Of a stretch of DNA of 64,000 nucleotides, positions 24,878 to 35,046 are shown piece by piece. The notes under the pieces were generated by a model. That model was not told the origin of the DNA and searched no databases. It worked only from the letters and a program-made list of their open reading frames with translations. The stretch is from Nitrospirota bacterium (GTDB lineage: Bacteria; Nitrospirota; Nitrospiria; Nitrospirales; Nitrospiraceae): assembly GCA_030684575.1 (NCBI GenBank), contig JAUXVD010000021.1:92633-156632 (forward strand), written 5' to 3'. The translations under genes and the position numbers were made by a program. How positions within the stretch are numbered: the stretch's first letter is position 1; each line of letters starts with the position of its first letter.

Positions 24878-26442
24878 TGCCTCACCTCATGCTGCGGCGC
24901 CGCCGCAACGTTTTTACCGCCGGCCTTCTTCACCAATGTGGCCACCGTACGGTTCGACTTCGTGAAGTACTCAGTGGCCACGCGTTGGATATCCGCCGGC
25001 ATGACTGCGGCAATCTTGTCCCTGGCCTTGAGCGCATAGCGCCAGTCGCCTGCTACCGTCTGATAGAGCGCGAGCTGTGACGCCAGGCCTCCATTGGATC
25101 GGAGGGCTCGCACTAAGTCTGCATCCAGGTTATTCAGGACCTTCTCAAGTTCTTTCGCAGAGACCGGCTCCCGCTTGAGCCGGTCCAGTTCGGCATAGAT
25201 GGCCGCCTCGACTTCCGCCGTCGTATGGGGCGCCAGCGGAGTGGCGTTGAGCACAAACAAGTTCGGCGAACGGACCCCAGGATAATTCGAATCGGAATTC
25301 ACCGAAGCGGCGATCCGCTTCTCGCGGACCAAATGTTCATAGAGCCGGGAGGTGAGTCCGTCGGTCAAGACCGCATCGATGACGTCGAAGACATAGTCGT
25401 CAGGATGGCCCAACCCGGGCTTGTGAAACCCGATGGCCAGCGACGGTTCGGCATCGAACTCCACCTCCACGCGACGCTCCCCCCGTTGTGACGGCTCGAC
25501 GGTGACCATGGAAGGCTGCGGGGACGCAGCCGGTATCTTGCCGAAGGTCTGCTCGATCAGGGCCATCACATCTTTCGGATTGATATCGCCCACGATCGCG
25601 ATTGTCGCGTTATCGGGACCGTAGTGCGCTTTGAAAAATGCTTCGGTATCGGCCGGCGTGAGCGACAAGATATCCGACTCCCAGCCGATCGTCGGAATCC
25701 CATATTGATGGGCGCGGAAGGCGGCAGAGGTGAAGGTCTCGAACAACAGTCCGTTGGGGCTGTCGTCGTTCCGCATCCGCCGCTCCTCCATAACCACGCC
25801 GCGTTCTTTGTAGAACTCACGGAGGACGGGATGCGCCATGCGATCGGCTTCGAGCGCCGCCCAGAGGGGCAGACGATTGGCCGGGAGGCTGATCATATAA
25901 CGAGTCATGTCTTTGCCGGTCGCGGCATTCAGCCCGACGCCCCCATGACGCTGGTAGAGCAAGGCCATCTCATTACCTGCCACGAACTGCCCCGCTGTTT
26001 CTTGCAGCTCGTTGAATCGCTTCTCCAACCCCTCAATCGCTGTTCGCTCCTCGGGGCTGGCTGATTTCCCCACACTATTCCGTGCAAATTCACGTTGCCG
26101 CTGCTCCAGCTCGGTTCCCACCCGAAACAACTCTTCGAGAACCGGTCGCTCTTTCTCGTAGTCTTTCGTCCCGACCGTCCTCGTGCCCTTGAAGGCCATA
26201 TGTTCGTAGAGGTGCGCCAAGCCCGTTTGTCCGACCTGCTCATTCACCCCCCCGACTCTGAATGTCATGTTGAGCGACACCACCGGTGTTTGATGCCGTT
26301 CGACCATAAGTACTGTCAATCCGTTCGCCAACTTCTGCTCTACCACACGATCCGCCAGACCGGGCGACGCGGCATGCGACAGGTCGAGGCTGAAGGCGAG
26401 CGCGAGCAGCAGCATCGAAAAACGTGAAACGTGAGTCATCAT
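24874..26442 (-). CDS. M16 family zinc peptidase (catalytic subunit)
   Basis: GLAHLYEHMAFKGT contains the inverted zinc motif HxxEH. Signal-like N-terminus. Confidence 0.8.
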   Translation of the reverse strand: MMTHVSRFSMLLLALAFSLDLSHAASPGLADRVVEQKLANGLTVLMVERHQTPVVSLNMTFRVGGVNEQVGQTGLAHLYEHMAFKGTRTVGTKDYEKERPVLEELFRVGTELEQRQREFARNSVGKSASPEERTAIEGLEKRFNELQETAGQFVAGNEMALLYQRHGGVGLNAATGKDMTRYMISLPANRLPLWAALEADRMAHPVLREFYKERGVVMEERRMRNDDSPNGLLFETFTSAAFRAHQYGIPTIGWESDILSLTPADTEAFFKAHYGPDNATIAIVGDINPKDVMALIEQTFGKIPAASPQPSMVTVEPSQRGERRVEVEFDAEPSLAIGFHKPGLGHPDDYVFDVIDAVLTDGLTSRLYEHLVREKRIAASVNSDSNYPGVRSPNLFVLNATPLAPHTTAEVEAAIYAELDRLKREPVSAKELEKVLNNLDADLVRALRSNGGLASQLALYQTVAGDWRYALKARDKIAAVMPADIQRVATEYFTKSNRTVATLVKKAGGKNVAAAPQHEVRQ

Positions 26443-27089
26443 ATGAATAGCTCCATGAGTTGCTCCGGTCGTTCGATAAACCAGTCCGGCTGACAGGCGT
26501 CCATCTTGGCGCGATTCCCCATCCCGTATCCGACGGCACAGACGCGAATGCCGGCGTTATGCCCGCCGTTGATATCGTTGGTGCTATCTCCAATGAGCAC
26601 GGTGTGCTCGGGCAATACATTCAATTCTTTCATGACATGCAACAGCATGCCCGGCTCCGGCTTCAAGCCGAACCCGTGATCGCCTCCGACGACATATTGG
26701 AAATGATCGGCTCCCAACCCTTGAAGAATCACATTCGTGTACTCGATCGCTTTGTTGGTCGCCACCGCCTTCCGCTTACCGGCAAAATGCGTCAGCATCT
26801 CTCCAATGCCGGGATAGAAGGTCGTCCGATCGAGGCAATGGGCCAGATACTGGCCTCTGAACACTCGCAAGGCTTCTTCGAACGTGACCCGGTTGCTCTC
26901 GCCCACCGACAGACGCAGCAATTGTTTCACCCCATCCCCCACAAACCCGAAGATTTCTTCGAGTGGCCGCTGCGGCAGTCCCAGCTCGGCCAAAGTCAGG
27001 TTGACCGAGGTGGCAATATCCCACTTGGACTCGATGAGCGTCCCGTCCAAATCAAAAATCAACAATTCGACTGAGGTCTTTCCCATCAT
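26439..27089 (-). CDS. HAD-superfamily phosphatase (phosphoglycolate phosphatase-like)
   Basis: The ATG at 27089 overlaps the upstream stop (ATGA). LLIFDLDGTLIES (DxDGT). Later GDSTNDINGGHNAG. Confidence 0.75.
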   Translation of the reverse strand: MMGKTSVELLIFDLDGTLIESKWDIATSVNLTLAELGLPQRPLEEIFGFVGDGVKQLLRLSVGESNRVTFEEALRVFRGQYLAHCLDRTTFYPGIGEMLTHFAGKRKAVATNKAIEYTNVILQGLGADHFQYVVGGDHGFGLKPEPGMLLHVMKELNVLPEHTVLIGDSTNDINGGHNAGIRVCAVGYGMGNRAKMDACQPDWFIERPEQLMELFI

Positions 27090-27649
27090 TTTACCTTTCG
27101 TAACTCCTCCTGCAACAACGCAAGACGGCCTCGCTTCGCCTGGTCGGGCTCTTTGATCCAGGCTTCGCGCACGACGTTCACCATCCGCTTCTGCCCAACA
27201 TGGGGGGGCAACATCGGCTCGACAATCCTCCATCGATTGTTGATCGCTTTCACCCGAAACCGGACCTCTTCTGTCACGGCCCCCTGCACAAAACCGGCGG
27301 TTTCCAAATATACTGAGCCAACGACCTGAAAGGTGACCGGAATCACGACTTCCAGCCGATCGATCACCTCCCATTGGCGGTAATGTTCCGCCACCACAAA
27401 GCCCTTCGTCACGACGACATGTCCCCATGTGGGCTCTTCATGCCAACCCGTGTACGACGCGACCGTTTCGACCGAGAGGGCATCGAGCCGCGCCCCCTTA
27501 TAATCGAGCGACAGATACCGCTTCACCACCTCTGACGGTGAATGGTCGAGGGATCCGCTCTGCGCAAACCCCTCCCCGGCTGACAGCAGCAGCGCCAGCA
27601 ACGGATAGAGACACAATAGAAACCGGCTTACCCTGTTGACTGTCATCAT
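27086..27649 (-). CDS. hypothetical secreted protein
   Basis: Signal-like MMTVNRVSRFLLCLYPLLALLLSAGEGFA from the ATG at 27649. No domain recognised. Confidence 0.5.
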   Translation of the reverse strand: MMTVNRVSRFLLCLYPLLALLLSAGEGFAQSGSLDHSPSEVVKRYLSLDYKGARLDALSVETVASYTGWHEEPTWGHVVVTKGFVVAEHYRQWEVIDRLEVVIPVTFQVVGSVYLETAGFVQGAVTEEVRFRVKAINNRWRIVEPMLPPHVGQKRMVNVVREAWIKEPDQAKRGRLALLQEELRKVK

Positions 27650-27713
27650 GTGCGCGTCATTTCCCAATCTATACCCCGCAAAAGAAACCGGATGCACCGC
27701 CCACCTGTTCCAC

Positions 27714-29165
27714 TCACCCGATTTTGTGCAACTTCATCAAATTGGTTTCCCCCGGCTGGCCGATCCTGGTCCCCGAGAGGATCACGATACGCTGTCCCGT
27801 GACGGCTAAACCCTCGGTCTTCAGGCGGCGGTCCGCTTCCTCGATCCGCTCATCGGTTTGCGCGATCTGCCGCATCGTATGCGGGATCACACCCCAGTAC
27901 AGCGCCATCCGCTGCCGGACGGTCTCAAAGGGAGTCAATCCCACAATCGGCGCGGCAGGCCGCTGTTTCGATAGCAAGCGCGCGGTCGTACCCCCTTCGC
28001 TAAAGGCCACGATGACGCTCGCCCCGATGACTGAGGCTGCGGAAAAGGCCGAGTGACAAATGGCTTCCGGGAAGGACCCTTCCTCTTGTGGCGCGATGGA
28101 CGAGCGCACATACCAGGATCGTGACCCCTCTTCTGCGGCCCGAATAATACGGTTCATGACACGAACGGTTTCAACCGGATGTTGCCCAACCGCCGTTTCT
28201 CCGGACAGCATGACGGCATCGGTCCCGTCGAACACGGCATTGGCCACATCCGACGCTTCGGCCCTGGTCGGACGTGAGTGGTGCGTCATCGACTCCAACA
28301 TCTGCGTGGCAGTGATCACAAGTCGTCGTCGTCGGTTGGCTTCGGCGATGATCCGCTTCTGGAGGAGCGGAACCGCCTCCGGTCCCATCTCTACGCCCAG
28401 ATCGCCTCGCGCCACCATCACGCCGTCCGCCTGATCGAGAATTGCGTCCAAACATTCCACCGCTTCCGGCCGTTCGATCTTTGCAATAATCGGCACGTCG
28501 CCGCCCCAGTCGGCCATGAGCTGCCTTGCGGCCACCACATCATCGGGGCCCCTGACAAACGAGAGGGCCACATAATCCACCCCTTGGGCGATGCCGAACC
28601 GGAGATCGTCTCGATCTTTGTCGGTGAGAGTCGGCGCGCTGATGCGCGTATCCGGCAGGTTCATACCCTTGTGCGACGTCAGTCGTCCTCCGGTCACGAC
28701 TCCACATTCGACGGTGCTGCCGATAATGCGATGCGCGACCAGCTCGATGAGTCCATCGTCAATCAGGATGCGGGCGCCTGGCTGGACATCCCGCACGAGA
28801 TATTGGTACGCCACCGAAATCTCCCGCATGCCGGATGACGCGAGAGACTGTGCGCCGAGTTGACCGCCGGACCGGAGCAGGGTCGTCACGAGCCTCACCG
28901 TCTGACCGGCCACCAGATCGATCCCGCCCGGATCGACATCTCCGATACGAATTCTCGGTCCTTGCAGGTCCTGGATGATCGCCACCGCCGCCTGCCGACG
29001 ATTCGCGGCTTCGCGAATGGCCTTGATCGCACAGGCATGCGATTCGTGAGTCCCGTGAGAAAAATTGAGGCGCGCCACATCCATGCCGCTTTCGATTAAC
29101 TGATCCAGCACGGCAGGCGAATCGCTGGCGGGGCCGATGGTACAGACGATTTTAGCTTTACGCAT
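27714..29165 (-). CDS. pyk: pyruvate kinase
   Basis: MRKAKIVCTIGPAS...ARLNFSHG...MVARGDLGVE motifs, 483 aa. Confidence 0.9.
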   Translation of the reverse strand: MRKAKIVCTIGPASDSPAVLDQLIESGMDVARLNFSHGTHESHACAIKAIREAANRRQAAVAIIQDLQGPRIRIGDVDPGGIDLVAGQTVRLVTTLLRSGGQLGAQSLASSGMREISVAYQYLVRDVQPGARILIDDGLIELVAHRIIGSTVECGVVTGGRLTSHKGMNLPDTRISAPTLTDKDRDDLRFGIAQGVDYVALSFVRGPDDVVAARQLMADWGGDVPIIAKIERPEAVECLDAILDQADGVMVARGDLGVEMGPEAVPLLQKRIIAEANRRRRLVITATQMLESMTHHSRPTRAEASDVANAVFDGTDAVMLSGETAVGQHPVETVRVMNRIIRAAEEGSRSWYVRSSIAPQEEGSFPEAICHSAFSAASVIGASVIVAFSEGGTTARLLSKQRPAAPIVGLTPFETVRQRMALYWGVIPHTMRQIAQTDERIEEADRRLKTEGLAVTGQRIVILSGTRIGQPGETNLMKLHKIG

Positions 29166-29328
29166 AGACGATACTGTTGTTTCCTTTGATCGATCGGAAT
29201 GAGCGGCCCTGGTCCCCCATTCTTCTCGCGATGATATTCAGGGATGTCATTCTAACAAACGACATCCAGGCCCACAACGCAACCGCCGTTTCAGGCGCGG
29301 GCCGCCTCTCGCATTGACGATCGAGGCA

Positions 29329-31704
29329 CTACGGCAGCTCGCTTCCATGCATGCGGGCGAAAATATCCCAATCGAACGGCTTCGGTGCTACCGAGTGGAG
29401 TGGGACGGCTTCGATGGTACCGGGCCCGCGATAGGCCAACATGCATCCGACCACACGCTCCGGCTCCTTGACGAGGCGGCGAATCGCTTCGTAGGCCAGA
29501 TCTTGTCCGATGGTTTTGTCCTCCGGGGTCGGGGGCGCTCCCCGTAACGTATGGCCGAGAATGGTGGCTTTGGTCGCTGGGGCAAGGCGATATTCACCGG
29601 CACGCGCCTGAAACTGTGGCCAGGTCGTGAGTGTGCCTGCGACATATTCAACAAGACCGCGCACGCCGCCATCCTGGTGATGGCGATGGGGCGTCTGCTC
29701 CGCCACTACAAATAAATGGCTTTTGTTCGGCACACCCAAAGTGCGTTTGAGCGTACCGAGGATGATGTCGTCGATATAGGCGTCGGGGTCTGGATGTTCA
29801 TTGACCAGGATGCCCTCCGCTCTGGCTTGATAGGCACAAGCAAGGGCGAGATGGCCGGACCCGGCCCCCATAATCTCGACGAAAAAGACGCTGCCCATCG
29901 CGGAACTGGTGGCTTTCAACGACTCGATGGATTGATTCGCCAGCGACACGGCTGAATGAAAACCCAGGGAGGTCGTCCCCGCAAGATTATTATCGATCGT
30001 GCCGGGAATCCCCACGGCCTGAACGCCAAATCCTTCGTAGAGCGCCCGCGCGCCGCGAAGACTCCCATCCCCGCCGATGACGACCAAGGCACCGTCTTCC
30101 ATGTATGGCCTGAGATGCCGCATCGTGACCTGTTGCACCTGCTCGCTCTTGAAATCTTCGAAGCGGCTGCTCCCGATGGGACTGCTCGCATGACTGCCCA
30201 TGCCGCGAGTATCATCTTCCGTCACCGCTTCGATCCAGTTATTGGCCAGACCCAAGAACCCGTGACGAACGAAATAGACCTCCAAGCCAAACCGGTGGCC
30301 TGTCACGCGCAGTTCTTTTAACGCAGCGCCGGCCCCGGCAAAGTCGCCCCCAGAGACCAAGGCTACGATCCGCTTGATCTGTCGGGGCTTGAGCGTGATC
30401 CGGTCTCTGCGTTCGCGCTCGACCTTCACCCAGGTCTCCCGCGCCGCCCGTTCCCGCGCCGACAGGCCCACCGCGGTGGAATAGCCGGATAAGAGTCCCT
30501 GTTCATAGGTCAGCAGGACGACGTTGTCCTGTCCCTCTTTATATTCGCCAAACTCAGTGAAGGCTTCGCGAAAGGGACGAGGATCGAGATAAATCATCAG
30601 CGCCCGCAGCGTGGAGCTGTGGCTGTAGAGACAGACGGCCTTCCCTTCATGGGACTGACCTAACCGGCGAAACCCATCCACGATATCCACATAGACATCG
30701 AAGAAGGAATGTCCGCCCGGGTAGCTGTAGAGGGGATGTTTGATCAGGCGCTTGGCTGTCTGCACGTCTACGCCGAATGCCTGTGCGGCCTCCTCGGCTT
30801 CCAGCTTCTTCTCCAGACCCGTGACCCATCCGAAATCCTGAGAGTCTAAGGCGGGATCGCAGGCTGGTGAGGGCGACTCAGCCTGCTGTTCCTGCGCCTG
30901 CATCAGCGCCGCGATGACCCGCTCGTACAGTTGCCGCGTATTGGGGCTGTGGCTTACCAGATGGACGAAGGTGCGCGGATCGAGGTAGTTGTGGATGTGC
31001 AGGAAATCCAGTTGTTGCCCGACCAGGCCCAACATCTTGGCCAGGGCTGCACCCACTGCGTCGGCTTTGGGGACGCCTCGCTCAGGATCCAGCACGTTCG
31101 CGAGACGACGTCCAACTCGATAGGTGCTGCTCTCCACGCGGGAGACACCATGACGCATCGTGAAGAGGAGCGTGCGGCCGGTTAAGTCTCGCGGCAAGAG
31201 CCAAAACCGATCCTCACCAAGATCCAGCACGATACGATCCTCGACCAATTGCGGCGTCAATTGCGCGCGCGGCACGATCGCCACCGGCCGGCGATGCGCC
31301 GGCTTCTGCACGGACTCGATCGGCACGCGGAAGAGCGGGCCCAACTCGCCTGCTGCAAGGAGCGCATTCCAGGCAGCGAAGAACACAAGTTCGTCGCCCC
31401 GGCAACCCTCATCGATCAACGCGCGACGGGCCGCTCGATATTCCGCTGCCCCGGGGAAGCCCCCTTGCGCAGACTGCACAAAGGCCCTGATCTGCTCCAT
31501 GGCGTCACGAGTTCGTTGTGGTCGATCGACTGAGGACGTCGAAAGAGGTGGGAGCGTCACTCCCTCACCGGCGGGGCGACGCGCCAACCTCTCCCCGTAG
31601 GCCAGAAGTCCTTCGACTGTGACAAACTCAAGCCGGTCCACTGTGGATTCCACTCTATACCTCGTTGGCTCGCCCTGACGTAACCGACCATCATGCCTGC
31701 CCAT
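29329..31704 (-). CDS. fusion protein: unknown N-domain + histidine-phosphatase (PGAM-like) domain + PFK-1-family kinase domain
   Basis: RHG at aa 184-186 (nt 31147-31155) and CLYSHSSTLRAL (second His). PFK-like IVALVSGGDFAGAGAAL, VVIGGDGSLRGA, GIPGTIDNN, VEIMGAGSGHLAL from about aa 443. Confidence 0.75.
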   Translation of the reverse strand: MGRHDGRLRQGEPTRYRVESTVDRLEFVTVEGLLAYGERLARRPAGEGVTLPPLSTSSVDRPQRTRDAMEQIRAFVQSAQGGFPGAAEYRAARRALIDEGCRGDELVFFAAWNALLAAGELGPLFRVPIESVQKPAHRRPVAIVPRAQLTPQLVEDRIVLDLGEDRFWLLPRDLTGRTLLFTMRHGVSRVESSTYRVGRRLANVLDPERGVPKADAVGAALAKMLGLVGQQLDFLHIHNYLDPRTFVHLVSHSPNTRQLYERVIAALMQAQEQQAESPSPACDPALDSQDFGWVTGLEKKLEAEEAAQAFGVDVQTAKRLIKHPLYSYPGGHSFFDVYVDIVDGFRRLGQSHEGKAVCLYSHSSTLRALMIYLDPRPFREAFTEFGEYKEGQDNVVLLTYEQGLLSGYSTAVGLSARERAARETWVKVERERRDRITLKPRQIKRIVALVSGGDFAGAGAALKELRVTGHRFGLEVYFVRHGFLGLANNWIEAVTEDDTRGMGSHASSPIGSSRFEDFKSEQVQQVTMRHLRPYMEDGALVVIGGDGSLRGARALYEGFGVQAVGIPGTIDNNLAGTTSLGFHSAVSLANQSIESLKATSSAMGSVFFVEIMGAGSGHLALACAYQARAEGILVNEHPDPDAYIDDIILGTLKRTLGVPNKSHLFVVAEQTPHRHHQDGGVRGLVEYVAGTLTTWPQFQARAGEYRLAPATKATILGHTLRGAPPTPEDKTIGQDLAYEAIRRLVKEPERVVGCMLAYRGPGTIEAVPLHSVAPKPFDWDIFARMHGSELP

Positions 31705-31837
31705 ACGGAGATGCCGGACAGGCGAACATTCTCTACAAGATGAACAGGTTGGATGCTACGCTGGCAAATGGGTGATAGCAACAATCCCGGCCCCACAGGC
31801 TGCGGAAAAACTTTTCCGGCCAGCACGAACACATTCC

Positions 31838-31954
31838 GCAGGATGCTCAAACAGGCTATCCAGCAAGGCCACAGCCGATGGAAGCACCGGAGGCGTAGCC
31901 CCTGGCTACGTTGAGGATGCTTTCGAGGCGAGAACGCTGCTGGCAGCCTGTTTC
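31838..31954 (+). repeat. family C element, copy 2
   Basis: GCAGGATGCTCAAACAGGCT...AGCCTGTTTCAGCATCCTGC with the shared centre GCCGATGGAAGCACCGGAGGCGTAGCCCCTGGCTACGTTGAGGATGCTTTCGAGG. Lies in a divergent intergenic region. Confidence 0.85.
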
Positions 31955-32048
31955 AGCATCCTGCTCGCTGGTTCGTTGATCCTCCAAGAACGTGCATGCT
32001 AGGGTTCGTCCTCTATTGTGCCGTGCCTCGTGATATGAACGTGACACT

Positions 32049-32510
32049 ATGGATCGAACCTGGAAGGTCTATGGAATAGTCGTCGTCCTTGCGGGACTGC
32101 TGCTCTGTGGTCTCACCGGTTGCCCCAACGTCGACTCGTCGCCTGAGCCAACTGTACCATCTGCCTCCGTCTCATCCGTTCAATCCCCAGGGCCGGCTCT
32201 TCGCGATGCCACACCACCTCTCGATCGGCTGCATCGAACCGAGCAGGCCCCGCCACAAAAAGCCCGAGACCTCCTAGCGGCCATTCGGCAACATGAGGGC
32301 AAGGCCCTCCCCGGCTATATCGGAAGCGGGGCATTTCAGAATCGTGAGAAACGACTGCCTCGCGGTCGTTATCGAGAGTACGATGTGAATCCCAAGGTAC
32401 GCGGCCGCTCGCGGGATGCGGAGCGAATCGTCATCGAACAAGATACCGGGAAGGCCTACTACACGGATGATCATTACCGAACGTTCACACCGTTGAATGG
32501 AACACCATGA
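32049..32510 (+). CDS. barnase/RNase Sa-family secreted ribonuclease (lipoprotein)
   Basis: Lipobox LTGCPN. C-terminal RLPRGRYREYDVNP...RGRSRDAERIVIEQDTGKAYYTDDHYRTFTPL resembles the guanyl-specific microbial RNase fold. Confidence 0.75.
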   Translation: MDRTWKVYGIVVVLAGLLLCGLTGCPNVDSSPEPTVPSASVSSVQSPGPALRDATPPLDRLHRTEQAPPQKARDLLAAIRQHEGKALPGYIGSGAFQNREKRLPRGRYREYDVNPKVRGRSRDAERIVIEQDTGKAYYTDDHYRTFTPLNGTP

Positions 32511-33022
32511 CATCGAAACTCACATTGCCTGCCTATCTTCAGTCAACGAAGGCCCCCTGGACCTCATTGCTCATCGTAAACGCAGGACAACGCGCTGAAT
32601 CGCTGATGCATCCACCAACCGGATTTGCCTTGAAAGTCATCAAAGGCGCCAAGTGTCAAACCACCGACGGCCTGTTGCGCGAATGGGCCAGAGCCTTGGA
32701 TTTTCCGGACTACTTTGGGCACAACTGGGATGCCCTTGAGGAATGTCTGGCCGACCTAGAATGGCTGCCAGCCAAGGGCTATATCCTCCTCATCACGGAT
32801 GCGGCGCAGGTGTTGCCAGACGACGACGAAGAATACGCAACCTTGCTTGAGGTGTTGCGAGATGCGGGAGAGGCCTGGGGGAACGGACAAGCGGGAATGG
32901 GCCAGCCACGAGCGACGCCGTTTCACGTACTGTTCGCTGTATCGGAACGGGAAAAAAACAAACGGGCCCATTGGGGAATGACAGACGTCACGACACAACC
33001 GATTCGGAAGCCGGGAACCTAA
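32507..33022 (+). CDS. barstar-family ribonuclease inhibitor
   Basis: ATGA overlap with the RNase gene. DGLLREWARALDFPDYFGHNWDALEECLADLEWLP resembles the barstar core. Confidence 0.75.
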   Translation: MTSKLTLPAYLQSTKAPWTSLLIVNAGQRAESLMHPPTGFALKVIKGAKCQTTDGLLREWARALDFPDYFGHNWDALEECLADLEWLPAKGYILLITDAAQVLPDDDEEYATLLEVLRDAGEAWGNGQAGMGQPRATPFHVLFAVSEREKNKRAHWGMTDVTTQPIRKPGT

Positions 33023-33054
33023 GCTCTCGTATATCGACGGAGAAATGCACGATC

Positions 33055-33294
33055 CTAGGGGCGCAGCCTCTTGGCCACGTTCAGAAGGCCTGTCCAGCGG
33101 AAGAGCACCGAAGACAATCCGGTCGCTACTCCATAATACGAGGCGGTGCGAACCGATGCCTGCCAACGGGCTTGCACGTCATGGCGATGAAAGACGCAAA
33201 TCCCATGCGTTTCTCGCGCATCATCGAGGGGCGCCTTCTCCCCCACCAGTGAAGTCACTCCTTCTTGTCGGCACCACGAACACACAATTCTCAT
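33055..33294 (-). CDS. small Cys/His protein (CSWC...HGIC motif)
   Basis: MRIVCSWCRQEG...THGICVFH. I recall this motif pattern in small conserved proteins. The tail is of doubtful reality. Confidence 0.4.
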   Translation of the reverse strand: MRIVCSWCRQEGVTSLVGEKAPLDDARETHGICVFHRHDVQARWQASVRTASYYGVATGLSSVLFRWTGLLNVAKRLRP

Positions 33295-33563
33295 CGCTCA
33301 TCCTTTAACAAATTACTCTCTGCCGTTCCCTGCCATACATGTCTAGTTAGGCAAGACTTAGGCCGCATTCGATTCGTAACATGAATCGACATATTTGCAA
33401 GGGATTACGAAAAGTCCCTACCCCTTGGATGTATGATCCTGTATCAAAAATGCTGAGAGGCGTATCTCTTCGGACACTTTTTGGCCCCAGTCGCTCGACC
33501 AGGCCGCAGGGACCTGCTCTTTCTTGACCGAGTCTCTGCCACATGGTACTGTGCGCCCCCATT

Positions 33564-34847
33564 ATGAAAACGACTCGTTCTGCCAAACTGTTTGCCGACA
33601 CACAACTGTTGATTCCCGGGGGCGTGAATAGTCCGGTGCGGGCCTTTCGCTCGGTCGGAGGCCAACCCCGGTTCATCAAACGCGCCAAAGGCGCTCGTCT
33701 CTACGATGTCGATGGAAACAGCTACCTCGACTATGTCCTGTCATGGGGCCCGATGATTTTGGGCCATGCCGCCCCCTCGGTTATCAATACGATCAAAAAG
33801 GCTGCCGCAAACGGCACCAGTTACGGCGCACCGACCGAGCTGGAGTTGACGCTCGCCCGCATGATCAACCAGGCCTTCCCCTCGATGGAGAAGGTCCGGC
33901 TGGTGAGTTCCGGCACCGAAGCGGTCATGAGCGCCATTCGAGTCGCCCGTGGCTTTACGAAGCGAGACAACATCCTCAAATTTGAAGGCTGCTATCACGG
34001 CCACAGCGATTATTTGTTGGCGAAGGCCGGTTCGGGTCTGGCCACATTGGGGATTCCTGATTCGCTGGGAGTACCGGCTGACTTTGCCAAGCACACCTTA
34101 ACGGTCCCGTACAACGACCTCCAAGCGGTGCAACAGATCATCAAGGAACATCGGAATACGTTGGCCTGCATTATTCTGGAGCCTATTGCAGGGAACATGG
34201 GCGTCGTGCCCCCGACCCCTGAGTTTCTTTCGTCTCTCCGACGACTCACCGCAGAAAACGACATCCTCCTGATTTTCGATGAAGTGATTTCCGGCTTTCG
34301 AGTGGCGTACGGCGGAGCCCAAACGCTCTATGGCATTACGCCGGATCTGACGGTGCTGGGGAAAATCATCGGCGGAGGCTTACCGGTCGGCGCCTACGGA
34401 GGACGGAAAGAGATCATGGATCTGATCGCGCCATCCGGGCCGGTCTATCAGGCAGGAACCTTGTCGGGAAATCCGTTAGCCGTGTCCGCCGGGATTGAAA
34501 CACTCAAGCAGCTCAAAGCCCGCGGGGTCTATAAGAAGTTGGACGAACAATCGGCAGCGCTGGCCAAGGGAATTGGAGAGGCCGCAAAAAAAGCGGGCAT
34601 ATCCCTCACGCAAACCAGGGTCGGTTCGATGCTGGGCACTTTCTTTACGTCAGGACCGGTGGTGAACTGGGATACCGCCAAACGATCAGACACAAAGCGA
34701 TACGGGCAATTCTTTCACGCGATGCTGGAGCAGGGAGTCTACTTGGCTCCCTCTCAATTCGAGGCCGCCTTCCTCTCAACCGCCCATTCAAGCCGCGATA
34801 TCGATTACACGGTCAAGGCCGCGCATTCCGCATTTAAGAGCCTCTAA
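33564..34847 (+). CDS. hemL: glutamate-1-semialdehyde 2,1-aminomutase
   Basis: The ATG at 33564 gives [31 protein letters not shown]-aminotransferase class III features. 427 aa. Confidence 0.92.
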   Translation: MKTTRSAKLFADTQLLIPGGVNSPVRAFRSVGGQPRFIKRAKGARLYDVDGNSYLDYVLSWGPMILGHAAPSVINTIKKAAANGTSYGAPTELELTLARMINQAFPSMEKVRLVSSGTEAVMSAIRVARGFTKRDNILKFEGCYHGHSDYLLAKAGSGLATLGIPDSLGVPADFAKHTLTVPYNDLQAVQQIIKEHRNTLACIILEPIAGNMGVVPPTPEFLSSLRRLTAENDILLIFDEVISGFRVAYGGAQTLYGITPDLTVLGKIIGGGLPVGAYGGRKEIMDLIAPSGPVYQAGTLSGNPLAVSAGIETLKQLKARGVYKKLDEQSAALAKGIGEAAKKAGISLTQTRVGSMLGTFFTSGPVVNWDTAKRSDTKRYGQFFHAMLEQGVYLAPSQFEAAFLSTAHSSRDIDYTVKAAHSAFKSL

Positions 34848-34964
34848 TCGCGCCGTTCACCTGGCGCTTCTCGTATCTCCAGAGATACTGCGCTTCATCG
34901 TTTCAGATACAGATCGGTACCGCTTAGAGCTGGTCAACGGGACCAGCCAGCAATGCCGCACATA

Positions 34965-35007
34965 GCTCAAGGGCCCAACGTATTCAGTATACGTTGGGCC
35001 CTTGAGC
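34965..35007. terminator. perfect 19-bp GC-rich hairpin between convergent genes
   Basis: GCTCAAGGGCCCAACGTAT tcagt ATACGTTGGGCCCTTGAGC. No U-tract on either side, so its role as an intrinsic terminator is uncertain. Confidence 0.4.
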
Positions 35008-35046
35008 GAAACGATCAAAACCTGACGGAGAGTTGCAGCAACCGCT

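Noticed and set aside
27090-27428. N-terminal extension of the HAD phosphatase ORF (26439..27428)
   Set aside because: It overlaps the upstream gene, is Gly/Arg-rich, and the canonical DxDGT motif follows the internal ATG at 27089, which forms an ATGA junction.
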